Assembly (NCBI RefSeq): GCF_035084215.1
Contig: NC_090325.1
Location: 185,938,001-186,002,000 of the forward strand
Source of the DNA: Heptranchias perlo
Taxonomy: Eukaryota
Length of the DNA stretch: 64,000 nt
Direction: 5' to 3'
The position numbers and the translations under genes are program-made. Each line of letters begins with the position of its first letter. Positions within the stretch are counted from its first letter, which is position 1. Positions 12,590-25,523 of the stretch are shown piece after piece. Under the pieces are notes generated by a model. That model saw only the letters and a list, made by a program, of their open reading frames with translations, was not told where the DNA came from and did not search any database.

Positions 12590-13915
12590 TCAGCAAAGGA
12601 TACAGCAAAAGCTATGGGCCCCGACAACATCCCAGCTGTAGTGCTGAAGACTTGTGCTCCAGAACCAGCCGCGCCTCTAGCCAAGCTGTTCCAGTTCAGC
12701 TACAACACTGGCATCTACCCGACAACGTGGAAAATTGCCCAGGTATGTCCTGTCCACAAAAAGCAGGACAAATCCAATCCGGCCAATTACTGCCCCATCT
12801 GTCTACTCTCAATCATCAGCAAAGTGATGGAAGGTGTCATCGATAGTGTTATCAAGCGGCACTTACTCACCAATAACCTGCTCACCGATGCTCAGTTTGG
12901 GTTCCGCCAGGACCACTCGGCTCCAGACCTCATTGCAGCCTTGGTCCAAATAAGGACAAAAGAGCTGAATTCCAGAAGTGAGGTGAGAGTGACTGCCCTT
13001 GACATCAAGGCAGCATTTGACCGAGTGTGACACCAAGGAGCCCTAGTAAAATTGAAGTCAATGGGAATCAGGGGGAAAACTCCCCAGTGGCTGGAGTCAT
13101 ACCTAGCACAAAGGAAGATGGTAGTGATTGTCGGAGGCCAATCATCTCAGCCCCAGGACGTTGCTGCAGGAGTTCCTCAGGGCAGTGTCCTAGGCCCAAC
13201 CATCTTCAGCTGCTTCATCAATGACCTTCCCTCCATCATAAGGTCAGAAATGGGGATGTTTGCTGATGATTCCATTCGCAACCTCTCAGATAATGAAGCA
13301 GTCCAAGCCTGCATGCAGCAAGACCTGGACAACATCCAGGCTTGGGCTGATAAGTGGCAAGTAACATTCGTGCCAGACAAGTTCCAGGCAATGACCATCT
13401 CCAACAAGAGAGAGTCTAACCCCCTCCCCTTGACATTCAACAGCATTACCATTGCCGAAATCCCACCATCAACATCCTGGGGGTCACCACTGACCAGAAA
13501 CTTAACTGGACCAGCCATATAAATACTGTGGCTACAAGAGCTGGTCAGAGGCTGGGTATTCTGCAGCGACTGACTCACCTCCTGACTCCCCAAAGCCTTT
13601 CCACCATCGATAAGGCACAAGTCAGGAGTGTGATGGAATACTCTCCACTTGCCTGGATGAGTGCAGCTCCAACAACACTCAAGAAGCTTAACACCATCCA
13701 GGACAAAGCAGCCCGCTTGATTGGCACCACATCCACCACCCTAAACATTCACTCCCTTCACCACTGGCGCACCATGGCTGCAGTGTGAACCATTCACAGG
13801 ATGCACTGCACCAGCTCGCCAAGGCTCATCACCACCTTCTCAAGGGCAATTAGGGATGGGCAATAAATGCTGGCCTTGCCAGCGACGCCCACATCCCATG
13901 AACAAATAAAAAAAA
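12590..13915 (+). mobile_element. Second Jockey-group (CR1-like) LINE family (family B), 5'-truncated RT pseudogene
   Basis: ORFs 12614-13030 and 13052-13522 contain GPDNIP...[43 protein letters not shown] and FADD. Distinct 3' tail caccaccttctcaagggcaattagggatgggcaataaatgctggcc...aaataaaaaaaa. Confidence 0.85.
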
Positions 13916-13967
13916 ATGTTGCTCCATACTATTTGGCATTATGTACAATAAAGTGGGTCCAAAATAT

Positions 13968-14345
13968 TTGGTTTTGATAAAGTAAATAAGGAGAAATTGT
14001 TTCCAGTGGCAGAAGGGTCGGTAACCAGAGGACACAGATTTAAGGTGATCGGCAAAAGAGCCAGAGGCAACATGAGGAAACATTTTTTTACGCAGCGAGT
14101 TGTCATGATCTGGAATGCACTGCCTGAAAAGGCGGTGGAAGCAGATTCAATAGTAACTTTCAAAAGGGAATTGGATAAATACTTGAAGGGGAAAAATTTA
14201 CAGAGCTATGAGGAAAGAGCAGGGGAATGGGACTAATTGGATAGCTCTTTCAAAGAGCCAGCACAAGCATGGTGGGCTGAATGGCCTCCTCCTGTGCTGT
14301 ACCTACTATGATACTATGATTTCAAAGATAAATGAGATACTATGA
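13968..14345 (+). mobile_element. CR1 3' fragment
   Basis: ORF 13997-14236 (TRGHRFKVIGKR...FFTQRVVMIWNALP) and an (atactatg)n tail. Confidence 0.85.
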
Positions 14346-15084
14346 TGAATTTCTGCTTCTAATCTCTAGCATATCCTGGGAATTCTTGAAATCACTCACA
14401 GTGGACAATCATTGTGTTATGGTTTTTACAGCTTACTATTTGTAATAGATGTCTAGACAAAATCGTATTGTGCTGTCAGTGGGAACATTTAATTGACCAA
14501 AAATCATTCTTTGCTTAAGAACCCTTCTACCTAATTAAATGGCACATTCTGTAGATTAAGACAATGTTTAAGCTTTGTCATTAACTGATATTTTTTGAGA
14601 TATTAGTTTTAATATATCCCTTTTAAAAAAATTTTTGCTTCTCAGTGCTAGAGGGAGGTAACAGTTTCTCAACATTTTGTCATGTAGTGTTAGTATCAGG
14701 TCAGATATAGCATAGGCCGCAGCAATGTGCCTTAACGCCAACCTCATGGCCTCACCCCCACACACTCAACTGCAATTTTTTCATTCTCTGCAACAATCTT
14801 CCTCACGGCCACTTAGGATTGCCAATTTATGCAGAAATAGTTTTAATCCATTGAACCACTCAAACTACCAGCTTTAGATCATCAGTTACAACGACACCTC
14901 TTCTTCGCCCACTTATATCTAATTTGCATTATAGTAATTACACCAATTAGAGCATCTGTTCCACTGTAGTGGCTAGGTTAACTGATCTAAAATTCTTTTT
15001 TGGATATCAGATAATGTTCACAATACCCCAGTATCAATCTCATTTCGATGTCTGTTCTAAATTGTATTAATATCTGTAAAGTCT

Positions 15085-15460
15085 TCTAGTCTTTAGTGGA
15101 CTTAGATTCAAATCCAGTCCACACTTACCGGATGAAACTTCTTTCTCTCTGCTGGATGTAAGGTACCAACGTTAAGTAACTCTGGGCAGTCTCAATCCAG
15201 AACCTAATGGGTATCAAACCTGCAAACCTGCCCCTATCTTGGTACATAGTAGCAAGGAAATGGGGATCTCACTCAGAAAAACTACAAGGATGTTCAACAT
15301 GGGAAATGGAAAAGTCACAGTTATGAAGTCGAGGTGCTCTTCTGCGGCTGGGCTTAAGGCACTTTGTTGGGATTAGAGTAGACAGAACCGTGCTCTACAT
15401 CAGGTCATATTACACCTCACCTGGGAGTGCGTAATCGTAACATTGGGTGCCTAAAGCATT
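15085..15460 (+). mobile_element. Degenerate LF-SINE-like element
   Basis: gattcaaatccagtcc...ctgggcagtctcaatccagaacctaatgg...ggcttaaggcact...ctgggagtgc...gggtgcctaaa; matches the copies at 20330 and 34480. Confidence 0.5.
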
Positions 15461-15689
15461 TAAAATTTCCCACCTCAATGAGCATACAGTCTACACTGTC
15501 CTCCACTTCTGCCACCCAAAAAAAATGTCTTGCCTCATTAGGACACAATGATTGTTTGAATAAATATAAAGAAGTGGGCGATTGGGGAACCAGCACTTTA
15601 ACTACTAGTTCAGAGTGATGTGATGGTACAACACATATACAATGCATTTACCCACTTCACATTGGCAAGATTGCACGACTGTTGTTCTT

Positions 15690-16110
15690 GTACACATACT
15701 TCCCTCTAACATACAATATACTTCCCTCTAACATACAATAACACTGCAATATATTATAACACTGACATACTGCAACACTCTAACATATGATAACTGTAAC
15801 ACACAGGATTTTAGTACGTTACAGTTTTGTAGTATGGAATTGTGTTGTGTATAGTCCGGGTTTTAGTATGTTACAGTAACTTACTAAAACACTAACATAC
15901 TACAACATTGTAACATGGAATAACACTAACGTGATAACATTGTAACATATGGTAACACTAACATACTGCAACAATGTAACATATTATAACACTAACATAC
16001 TGTAACATACTATAACACTAACATACAATAACACAAAAAACTAGCATACAATAACAATATAATATACTGTAATACTAACATGCTTTAGCACTGATATTCT
16101 GTAATTTACT
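15690..16110. repeat. Degenerate AT-rich tandem repeat (acactaacatactgtaac-like units)
   Basis: Repeated taacatac/taacact/tgtaac words, with an inverted block at about 15810-15880. Confidence 0.7.
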
Positions 16111-17159
16111 AGAATGGAAGTTTTGCAGTGTAAATTCTGGTTGAATGAAACCTTTACTGAAAGTCACTACAACAGCCATTTTCTTATGAAAAACAAGTAC
16201 AATTATGAAACCTAAAGAAATCACACTGTTCCAGTAGTAGTGTACAAGTACCTAATGTTTTTATATGAGATTCCTCTGCTTACTATTTTAGTGGCGATGT
16301 GAACCAGTTTGTTTTAATCAGGTTAATGTCTCTGTCAAAATAGATAAAGGAACGTCACCCGAATATGTTAAGTGTTTGTCGGGAATTATTCACAGTGTAA
16401 TTTCAAGGCTAATCTGATGATAATAATCAACTCAGAGATGACTTTTTTTGAATGTGAAAGATCACAGCAAAGTGCCACATTGACGCCTGACATTTGCTTT
16501 TGATCCTGACACAAACCCCAAGGCCCATCTTCCCTCTCATTAATGCCTTAACCAAATTATATGCTATTTTCAGGTAAATTGCAGGAGTTAATCGAATATT
16601 TATGGCACCATTTCACTTTCATCCAATTTATTTTCCTAAGCTATTAACGTGTCACTGTCATCCGAATGTGTAACCCGATATTCCTGCCACCGTTTAATTA
16701 CCAATCAAAATGCAATGCCGCAGTAAATTAGTCTTGAATTCCATCGGCGGGTTGTGCCAAAATTCTGACCTCGTGGTCAACGTTTTTTCCTTGTCTACAC
16801 CTGATAACAATGCTGATGCCTTCTGCCACCAGCTGCCACTGCTCGCTGTTATTTGCCGAGCTGGGTCTGTATTTACAGATTACCATTGACGCCCAGAGCC
16901 TGGCTGCAGACTTGGAAGTGCATTTCCACTGGGCTGCAAAATGCTGATAGTCTCATTAATGCAGTCGTAGACTATCAGGTGGCAGATAGAAAATTGCTGG
17001 AAAAATTAAACTGTCGGAAGCCTGTAAGTCACTCGCATAATATTACAACAGAGACAAGTAGAGCAGCAACCAAGAGGGAATCAACCCTAGGCTGAGCAGA
17101 GACCGAAGCCAAGACAGTGGGAGGATAGAGCAATTCTCCAGCTATACCTCTGTATTGTG

Positions 17160-17545
17160 CCCAAAATCTAGGCTGACACTCCAGTGCAGCACTGAGGGAG
17201 TGCTGCACTGTCAGAGGAGCCGTCTTTCGGATGAGACGTTAACCCCAGGCCCCATCTGACTTCTCACGTGAATGTAAAAGATCCATGGCACTATTTCGAA
17301 GAAGAGCAGGGGAGTTCTTCCCGGTGTCCTGGACAATATTTATCCCTCAACCAACATCATTAAAACAGATTATCTGGTCATTACCTCATTGCTGTTTGTG
17401 GGACCTTGCTGTGTGCAAATTGTCTGCCATGTTTCCTACATGATAATAGTGACTACACTTCAAAAATACTTTGTTGACTGTAAAGCATTTTGGGACTTCA
17501 TGAGGTCCTGAAAGGCGCTATATAAATGCAAGTCTTTGTTTCCTT
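17160..17545 (+). mobile_element. Deu-domain SINE (SacSINE1/AmnSINE1-like), 5'-truncated
   Basis: gtgctgcactgtcagaggagccgtctttcggatgagacgttaa...catggcactatttcgaagaagagcaggggagttc...acagattatctggtcatt matches the recalled Deu core; the tail is L2-like. Confidence 0.85.
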
Positions 17546-18509
17546 TGATGCCCCCCCACCTCACGTTTACGTGAATTTCACTGACCTCGAGGGTGAAATT
17601 GGTCTTCGCCAGTAGCACGAAACAGGCTCATGGCGAATCAGCAGCCCGTTTCTGGAAGTCAATAGAAAAGAAAATCCACTATGAGCCCATATTGTGCTAC
17701 GGGCATAAACAGATTGCACCCTCCTCATCTTTCTTGTGGTTCGAAGTTTCTTGATGCCAAATTGTGTTAATTTCATGGGTTGAGATACAAGAGATCTTCA
17801 GCATGATTTTCAAATCTGGGAGACAATGTATCCTCAGTAAGCATGACAGATATAAACAAATATCATTCATGCTACTATTTTTAGTGTGTATTCAATATTT
17901 TAAATGGCTATTAGCCATGAAATTAACAGCAAACACATGAGGTTCCCACTGAACACAATAGTTGTACAGCAGGCCAAGCTGCTGGAATAACATTGGTGTC
18001 ACATTTTGAAATCTTCTGACTATTTTTCCACAGAAAGGATTTGGATAAAATAATTCATTTCAATGTGATATTTTAAAGCACATTCACATGTTAAAAAAAA
18101 TTGTCTGAGGCAATCAGTAGTTATGGTGCCAACGAGCTAGCTTTGATGTTGTTTCCTCATAGACTGTAAATAATAAGCAATTTGTTAGCTTGCCTGCAAT
18201 CAGTAAGCACCTCACAACCTTTGTGCTGGGGAGTCACTGGTTCTAGGCAATCAGCAGGAGGTTTGGCAGACCTCATCTTTCTGGTCGTGAACAGCGAGAG
18301 ATAGAACACACAGAGACAGGCACTTGAGCAGAGATTCTACAAACAGAATTCTGTGAGGCAGTCAGGCAGCAAAAGGCTGCGAGAAGGTTGGCGCACAGGA
18401 GAGAATAGTCAGAAATGATTTGGTTTAAGTCCAGTGAGTGAGACTGCCTACTTTTGTGGGGAAGCATGGCGTGTTCTTTATTTTGCATTACTACGTAAAG
18501 GTAAGTTGT

Positions 18510-18935
18510 ACAGTTGTGGAGAGACTAGAGAAGCTTGGAATGTTCTCCTTAGAGCAGAGGAGGTTAAGGGGAGATTTAATTGAGGTGATCAAAATTATGA
18601 GGGGTTTTGATAGGGTAAATAAGGAGAAACTGTTTCCATTGGCTGGAGGGTCGGTAACCAGAGGATACAGATTTAAGATAATTGGCAAAAGAACCAGAGG
18701 GGAGATGAGGGGAATTTTTTTTAGTCAGTGGGTTATTATGATCTGGAATGCACTGCTTGAAAGGGTGGAAGCAGATTCAACAGTAACTTTCAAAAGGGAA
18801 TTGGATATATAGTTGAAAAGGAAATAATTGCAGGGCTGCGGGTAAAGAGCGGGCAGTGGGACTAATTGGATAGCTATTTCAAAGAGGCACAATGGAGTGA
18901 ATGGCCTCCGTCTGTCCTTTATGATTCTATGGTAT
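18510..18935 (+). mobile_element. CR1 3' fragment
   Basis: RLEKLGMFSLEQRRLRGDLIEVIKIMRGFDRV within ORF 18438-18812; ttatgattctatg tail. Confidence 0.85.
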
Positions 18936-19964
18936 GATATCACTTGCAATTTCTCACACAGAGCAACGAGTCATTTGAATGTGTGATAAAAAAAAGTCAG
19001 AAAATTCAATTGGCGTCACACACTAAAATAATGGCTCTGTCTTGGATTTAACTATAAAGGAGAGATTACTTCTGATTAAAAAGTTGGTGCGCAGTTATTG
19101 GGTACTGTGAAGAAACAGTGATTGGTGTGGGTCAGATCTTGGCTTTGCTTGGCTTATTACAGACTATTACCAAAGTGAAGGACCATACTTAGGCCAGAAT
19201 GATCATCCCTTCTGGACACACCTACGTGAAAGCCTGGATTTTGAGAGGGTCAGATTCTACAGTCAAGTTATCTCTTTTTCGACGACAGGCTTGTTTTGGG
19301 TATACACTGAGTGAGATGCAATGATTCTTTCACCGAACCCTCAACTTGCTCATAAACTCAAGGATGTCAGTGAGAAAAACAATGCAGCAAAGTGATTAAG
19401 ACATCAAAAGGCTACAAGGTTCTGCCACAGAAATACTAACAAAAATTGCAAAAGACAAGAAACCGATGGTCCAGGGACTCACTCAAGTGCAAAGTGTTGT
19501 CACTTTTAGTGAGTTTTACGATACTCTTTAGAAACAATATTCCATTCATGCCAAGGGTTACGACTGTGACTTTGTTTTTCAATTGTGTAACCTTGGCTGC
19601 TCTTACAATGGTTGGGGCAAGTATTTCAGGAGTTGACTGTACCCTGAACAGTTGACTGAACACAACTTTTTTATACTCGTGGCCCAAACTCACTGGACTG
19701 CAAACAAAGTGAGCAAAACCGCCAGCTAGCAATAGGACAGCATCGTCAAAATCGTGCTTCATTCATGACTTTAGAGGGAAACAGTGAAAAAGTATTTTAC
19801 ATTTCAGGTAAATTCTGATCCCCCTCTTTGATGCGTAGTAGGAGGCTTAGAAAAGAGCTACAAAGGGAGTCCAAATAAAGCCAATGATTAAATGGCGACT
19901 GTACCCTCTTTTCTTAAATTCAAGAATTTGTGCACCATTAAAATATTAAACTTATTATACCTAG

Positions 19965-20038
19965 ATTTAATTGGATAGCCGCCACAGACACGATGGGCAG
20001 AATGGCCTCCTTCTGTGCTGTTTGATTCTACGATTCTA
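19965..20038 (+). mobile_element. CR1 3' UTR tail only
   Basis: cacagacacgatgggcagaatggcctccttctgtgctgtttgattctacgattcta. Confidence 0.7.
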
Positions 20039-20039
20039 C

Positions 20040-20220
20040 CCAGTCAGCCAGCTGAATGTACTGTATGGCACAAGGCACAAAGGCATAGTGAAGTGAAGTA
20101 TCAGGCAGGACCCTGGTTGCTATCCGCAGTGGTCCTTACTTTGAATTACTGATCTTAGCTGTAATGCTTTGAGGAATTGCTCAGTGCTTCCCAACAAGGA
20201 GAGTGGGAAAATCAGCTTAA
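20040..20220 (+). mobile_element. Degenerate family D SINE
   Basis: ttactgatcttagctg...aattgctcagtgcttccc...gggaaaatcagc resembles the 5570-5855 copy. Confidence 0.35.
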
Positions 20221-20329
20221 TTTAAATAAATGAAGCCTGCTACATGGTTTTGAATTGTCTGCGGTCAATCCAAGCTGCCTCTGTAACAAAATCATTGCAT
20301 CGAGTCACTCTGAAAAATCTTTGAATGTA

Positions 20330-20640
20330 AACTCACATTTCATCCATCATTCAATATCAGGATGGACAACAATATGAGCTAGAATGACATGAATTTGGAG
20401 AGTCTCGATCCAGTTCGCAGAGGTCATGGCTACATGGCCTAAACACGCCCCCTTAATTTCACGTTCTTAGATTGGCAGCATCACTCAGAAAGGGCACAAG
20501 GCGGTAGATACGGAAAATTGAAATGGGCTGAGACTCTTTGGCGGAGCAGAGTGCGGACCTTTTCACTCTACCCCTGGCAGTGCTGGACCTGTGCTGGGAG
20601 TGCCTGAGACCGGTACGGGTGCCTAAAATGAAAAGTGTTC
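20330..20640 (+). mobile_element. Degenerate LF-SINE-like element
   Basis: agtctcgatccagttc...ttggcagcatcactcagaaaggg...ctgggagtgcc...gggtgcctaaaatg aligns by eye with 15085-15460. Confidence 0.45.
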
Positions 20641-20677
20641 CTTTCTCTAACATTAGCATTTTATCAACTTGGTGAGC

Positions 20678-20960
20678 AACGACACAATTTGCATTTATAT
20701 ACTGCCTTTAACGTAGTAAAACATCCCAAGGCACTTCACAGGAGCGTTATCAGACAAGATTTGAGACGAGCCACATAAGGAGATATTAAGACAGGTAACC
20801 AAAAGCTTGGTCAAAGAGGTAGGTTTTAAGGAGCACCTTAAAGGACAAGAGAGGGGTAGAGAGGCAGTTTAGGCAGGGAATTACAGAGCTTAGGGCCTAG
20901 GCAGCTGAAGGCATGGCTGCCAATGGGGGAACGAGTAAAATCGGGAATGTGCAGGAGGCA
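20678..20960 (-). mobile_element. L2 LINE 3' fragment
   Basis: Reverse complement of the L2 tail (tttgcatttatatactgcctttaacgtagtaaaacatcccaaggcacttcacagg...gcttggtcaaagaggtaggttttaagg). Confidence 0.8.
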
Positions 20961-22242
20961 CAATATTGACCAACAAAAAAAAATAAAACAAGTAATGAAC
21001 TTGAAAGAATTTCCTTACTTTTTTTTTCAACCTGTTACAGTTTTTAAAATACTTTTCTCAATTTAAACGAATGGTTGACAGTTTATATATCGAGACGCAT
21101 ATTAAAAGATACAAGCAGTTTTATAATGCATCAAAGAAAACCTATTGGAAATCACCAGTCTTTCAGTTTCTTCTGACAGTCTCTTTGAACGAAATAGCCT
21201 CTTGGAATAAAACCAAAGAGAATTTCACATGAAAAATGGGAGTCAAGCCCTCCGTTTGAATCTGAACATCCTTCAGAAATCCAGACTGAACCAGAGAAAA
21301 ATTCTGATTTTTATTCCCCTTAATTCCTTTTTAAAAAAAGAAATGTCTTTGAAGTAGATGCCCATGCATCCGGTAATGATATCGCCCATTTGTGATATAA
21401 TGGGGAGACATTTCTGGGGAATCAGAAACCATCACTATCAGGTTCCCTCACAGTGATAACAAGCATTTCAACACGTGATAACACTGGGAAATCACACTCT
21501 GGTCAGACACCGGTCGGTGACCATTCAAACTACGTACAAACAAAGTGGCCCAACACTGCAAGAGCCACAGATTTATGTTGCATTCTATGGGCTGGCAGCT
21601 GAACAGAACGGAGCGCTCCACGCATGAAAATCCCATTGAACCTTTTAAAATGAGCTATCGGATCTAATCTCACAGGAGGAAAAAGGGTCATTAAATTCTT
21701 TGAAATAATGAAAGAGCGGTCACTCTTTTAACATCAGTTCCAAAAAAAAATACTTCTGGTATTGGTTTTACATTAAAATAACGCACTCATTTCACCATTC
21801 GTGATGAGACCACAACCACTGTTTTGACACAAAGTGCACTGCTGCCATGATTAAGGCCCATTAGCATGCGTTAATTGATGTCGAATTCAACTTTTGTTTC
21901 CAAATTTTAGAAGTTCTCTCTCAACAAATTGTCTGCCAATAGTTACTGATCAATGCCCAGAACTCTGCACGGAAGGTGCAATCGTGCCAATACCCAAGCA
22001 CAAAAAAAAGCCCAAAGCTGTCACTCAGATACATGGTCCCTTCCAGACTCTTAATGCATGCAGCCATCAATCACCTCAGACATTTTTGTCATTCTTCAGG
22101 CTATTTATTGAACTAGATTGCTTGCTTCACAGACGCGACATGAAAACATGTCACATCACATTTAGTAAAATGAATGGTTTCAAACTCACATTCTGACAAA
22201 GTAGTATTTTATTTATTTTTAACATGTGAAAAAAAAACTTTT

Positions 22243-22655
22243 TAAAAAATGTTTTTTATTTGTTCACGGGATGTGGGCGTCGCTGGCGAGGCCAGCATTT
22301 ATTGCCCATCCCTAATTGCCCTCGAGAAGGTGGTGGTGAGCCGCCTTCTTGAACCGCTGCAGTCCGTGTGGTGACGGTTCTCCCACAGTGCTGTTAGGAA
22401 GGGAGTTCCAGGATTTTGACCCAGCGACAATGAAGGAACGGCGATATATTTCCAAGTCGGGATGGTGTGTGACTTGGAGGGGAACATGCAGGTGGTGTTG
22501 TTCCCATGCGCCTGCTGCTCTCGTCCTTCTAGGTGGTAGAGGTCGCGGGTTTGGGAGGCGCTGTCGAAAAAGCCTTGGCGAGTTGCTGCAGTGCATCCTG
22601 TGGATGGTACACACTGCAGCCACAGTGCGCCGGTGGTGAAGGGAGTGAATGTTTG
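22243..22655 (-). mobile_element. Family B LINE 3' end (little diverged)
   Basis: ORF 22312-22623 (AAVCTIHRMHCSNSPRL...SKSWNSLPNS...QRFKKAAHHHLLEGN) continues the 13528-13915 sequence and has the same 3' tail. Confidence 0.85.
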
Positions 22656-22790
22656 ACTCCGAACTGCCCGTCTGAAGTGGCCTATCAAACTACTAGTGGT
22701 TCAAGAAAAAGCCCCAACACCACCTTCTCAGGCCAACTAGGGATGGGCAATAAATGCCAGCCTTGCCAGCGTGCCCACATCCCGAGAACT
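22655..22790 (+). mobile_element. 3' part of a SINE carrying the family B LINE tail
   Basis: actgcccgtctgaagtggcct...caccaccttctcaggccaactagggatgggcaataaatgccagcc matches the copies at 59355 and 63525. Confidence 0.65.
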
Positions 22791-23250
22791 TACAAGAAGA
22801 CATTAATAAACTTGCAGAATGGGCACGTAATTGGCAAATGAATTTCAATATAGAGAAGCGTGAGGTGATGCATTTTGGTCGGAAGAATAAGGCCACATTC
22901 TCTTTGGAAAATAAGAATCTAAATGGGGTAAAGTGATCTGGGGGTACAGATACACAAATCACTAAATCTAGATAGTCACCAATAAATCCAATAGAGAATT
23001 CAGGAGAAACTTCTTTGCTGAGAGAGTGGTTAGAATGTGGAACTTGCTACCAGAAGGAGTACTTGAGCGACTAGCATAGATGCATTTAAGGGGAAGGTAG
23101 ATAAACACATAAGGGAGAATAGAATAGAAGGTTATGCTTCCGAGTTAGATGATGAGGGGTGGGGGAAGGCTCGTGTGGAGCATAAGCACTGGCATAAACC
23201 AGTTGGGCTGAATGGCCTGTTTCTGTGCTGCAAATTATATGTAATTCTAT
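22788..23250 (+). mobile_element. CR1 fragment with internal deletion
   Basis: LQEDINKLAEWARNWQMNFNIEKREVMHFGRKN, then RRNFFAERVVRMWNLLP and a CR1 3' UTR. Confidence 0.8.
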
Positions 23251-23609
23251 CTAATAAAAACAAAAATTAGACTCTTCTGTAGCCCCACTGAATGATGAAA
23301 CGTTGCCAGAGTTACTGCAGGAGGGGATAACAATATTGGAGAAAGCATCACCTTCTCCCACCCCTCCCCCCATAAGGGAAGCCACAAATAAAAAAAGAAA
23401 CTGATGGAAATGGTACCAGGAGAAAGCATTAAATGTGAGTGTGTTTCTATAAATAAGAGATTAAACTATTGCCTCAAATCTGTGCCCATCCAGGGTTAAG
23501 GTGAAAAAATAATTTTGTTAGTGTAGGAAAACACATTTTAGTATTCAGTATTCGTCCAATCCACATGGAAAGAAATCTGCATTCCTCAACCTCTGGACGC
23601 TTTTGCGTC

Positions 23610-23870
23610 ACCCATTCCCTTCGCTCCACCATTGGTGGCCGTGCCTCCAGTCGTCGTGCCCTAAGCTCTGGAATTCCCTCTTTAAACCTCTTCGCCTCTC
23701 TCTCCGCTTTAAAACTCCTGCCTAAAACATCTCTTTGACCAAGCTTATAGTCACCAGTCCTAATGTCTTCTTCTTTGAATTGGTGTCAATCGTGGTCTTA
23801 TCACACTCAAGTGAAGCGCCTTGGGACGTTTCCCTACATTAAAGGCGCTATATAAATGCACGCTATTGTC
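23610..23870 (+). mobile_element. L2 LINE 3' fragment
   Basis: ccaccattggtggccgtgcctcc...ctctggaattccctc...gtgaagcgccttgggacgtttccctacattaaaggcgctatataaatgca. Confidence 0.8.
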
Positions 23871-24924
23871 ACTGAAAGTAAGCAATGATGTGAACGTGCC
23901 TATCCTTGAGATTTGTAGCATTGTGATCGGTTGTGGGCTCAGTGTAGAATTAATATCTGTGCTCTGACTATTTTAAATCCCTACGCTCACTCAGAATACT
24001 GATTTTTGAATGGCAATTGTGTCAGTTCATATGCCTTGTGTAGACACTGTTCACTGTTGCTGACAGTAACTGTCATTGCAATCTGAAACTCTGAAACCCT
24101 TTTAGTGCTGGAGTTACAGACAGTTTGAAAAATATATAATTTGAAAGATTACCCTGTTGATGACAAGGACGAAAGGCAAACAGCTCCCGAAATGATAAAG
24201 GACCCCTATCCATATCTATACCCCTAAAGAAATTGGCCCCATTTTTAGCTTGTGTATGAGTTCACTGAATCTTATTGTCCCTGATTTTTTAGATAGAAGG
24301 AAAATATTATAAAGTACTGCGGCAAAGCAATAATGAATTACAAAGCATGAGGACATCCAGGGGGAGGTGGATGAGACATGAAGTGCTGATATATTGTCAA
24401 TGAATCTCAGGTTCCTCACTTTATACGTGAACGGATAAGATTGTTTGCTTTTTACAGACAAAAATATCCTATAAGAAATGCCATTTTTATGCGACTTGAA
24501 ACTGAAAGCAGCTGGGAAAAAAGCACGCAAAGGAAACATCAGGATATATCGGGCCTGGAAATCCGTGGGCCAGTAATGCCTCGGCTCACACCAGTGACCT
24601 CTGCCACTGACCCCCCTGGAATGTGCGGGTCCCAAGCGGCGGTCCCATAATTCGAATGTAACCTAGCGGCACCCAGACTGGTAGGGTTGCATCTCAGGTG
24701 CCCGCCTTCTCCGAAAGGCCAGAAAGTCGGCTGCATGTCCGAGTGCCCACACCCCGGGAAAAAGGTGCTCCCAGCAGCCCCCTTTGGTCTGCAACTCATG
24801 GCTTTATCGCTCACGTAGTAAGGGGGTCAGGTCCCCTCTCACTGTCCTTTTTTTCTATTTGATGGATCTTGTGCCCATCAAGGTGAGAGCTGCTAATGTT
24901 GTGGAATAGAATTCTTTCAGATTT

Positions 24925-25430
24925 CATAGGAACAAGAGTAGGCCATTCAACCCCTCGAGCCTGTTCCACCATTCAATTAGATCATGGCTGATCTGTACCT
25001 CAACTCTATTTACCCACCTTGGTTCCACATCCATTGTAACCCTTAGCTAACAAAAATCTATCGATCTCAGTCTTGAAAATTTAAATTGACCCCACATTTA
25101 CAGCCTTTTCTGGGCAAGTGAATTCCAGATTTCCACTACCCTTTGTGTGAAGAAGTGCTTCCTAACATCACCTCTGAATGGCCTCGCTCTAATTTTAAGG
25201 TTATGCCCCCTTGTTCTCGAATCCCCACCAGAGGAAATAATTTTTCTCTATCGACCTCATCAAATCCTTTAATCATCTTAAACACCTCAATTAGATGACC
25301 CCTTACTCTTCTATACTCAAGGGAATGCAAACCTAGTCTATGCAACCTGTCCTCATAACTTAACTGTTTTAGCCCTGGTCGCATTCTGGTGAATTTCCAC
25401 TGCACCCCCTCCAAGGCCAATATATCCAAA
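24925..25430 (-). mobile_element. CR1 3' fragment
   Basis: ORF 25136-25429 (DILALEGVQWKFTRM...LSYEDRLHRLGLHSLEYRRVRG) plus the 3' UTR. Confidence 0.85.
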
Positions 25431-25523
25431 AACGTATCATTTTGTTCTTCAGGGGTCCGGATTGTGATTCAGCCCTGGACGCCTGTGGTTTTTAAGATTC
25501 TAATGGGACTAGATAAAGTAGAC

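Noticed and set aside
24216-24635. 139-aa minus-strand ORF
   Set aside because: It spans an apparent repeat/unique-DNA junction near 24550 and shows no recognisable motif; likely a chance ORF.
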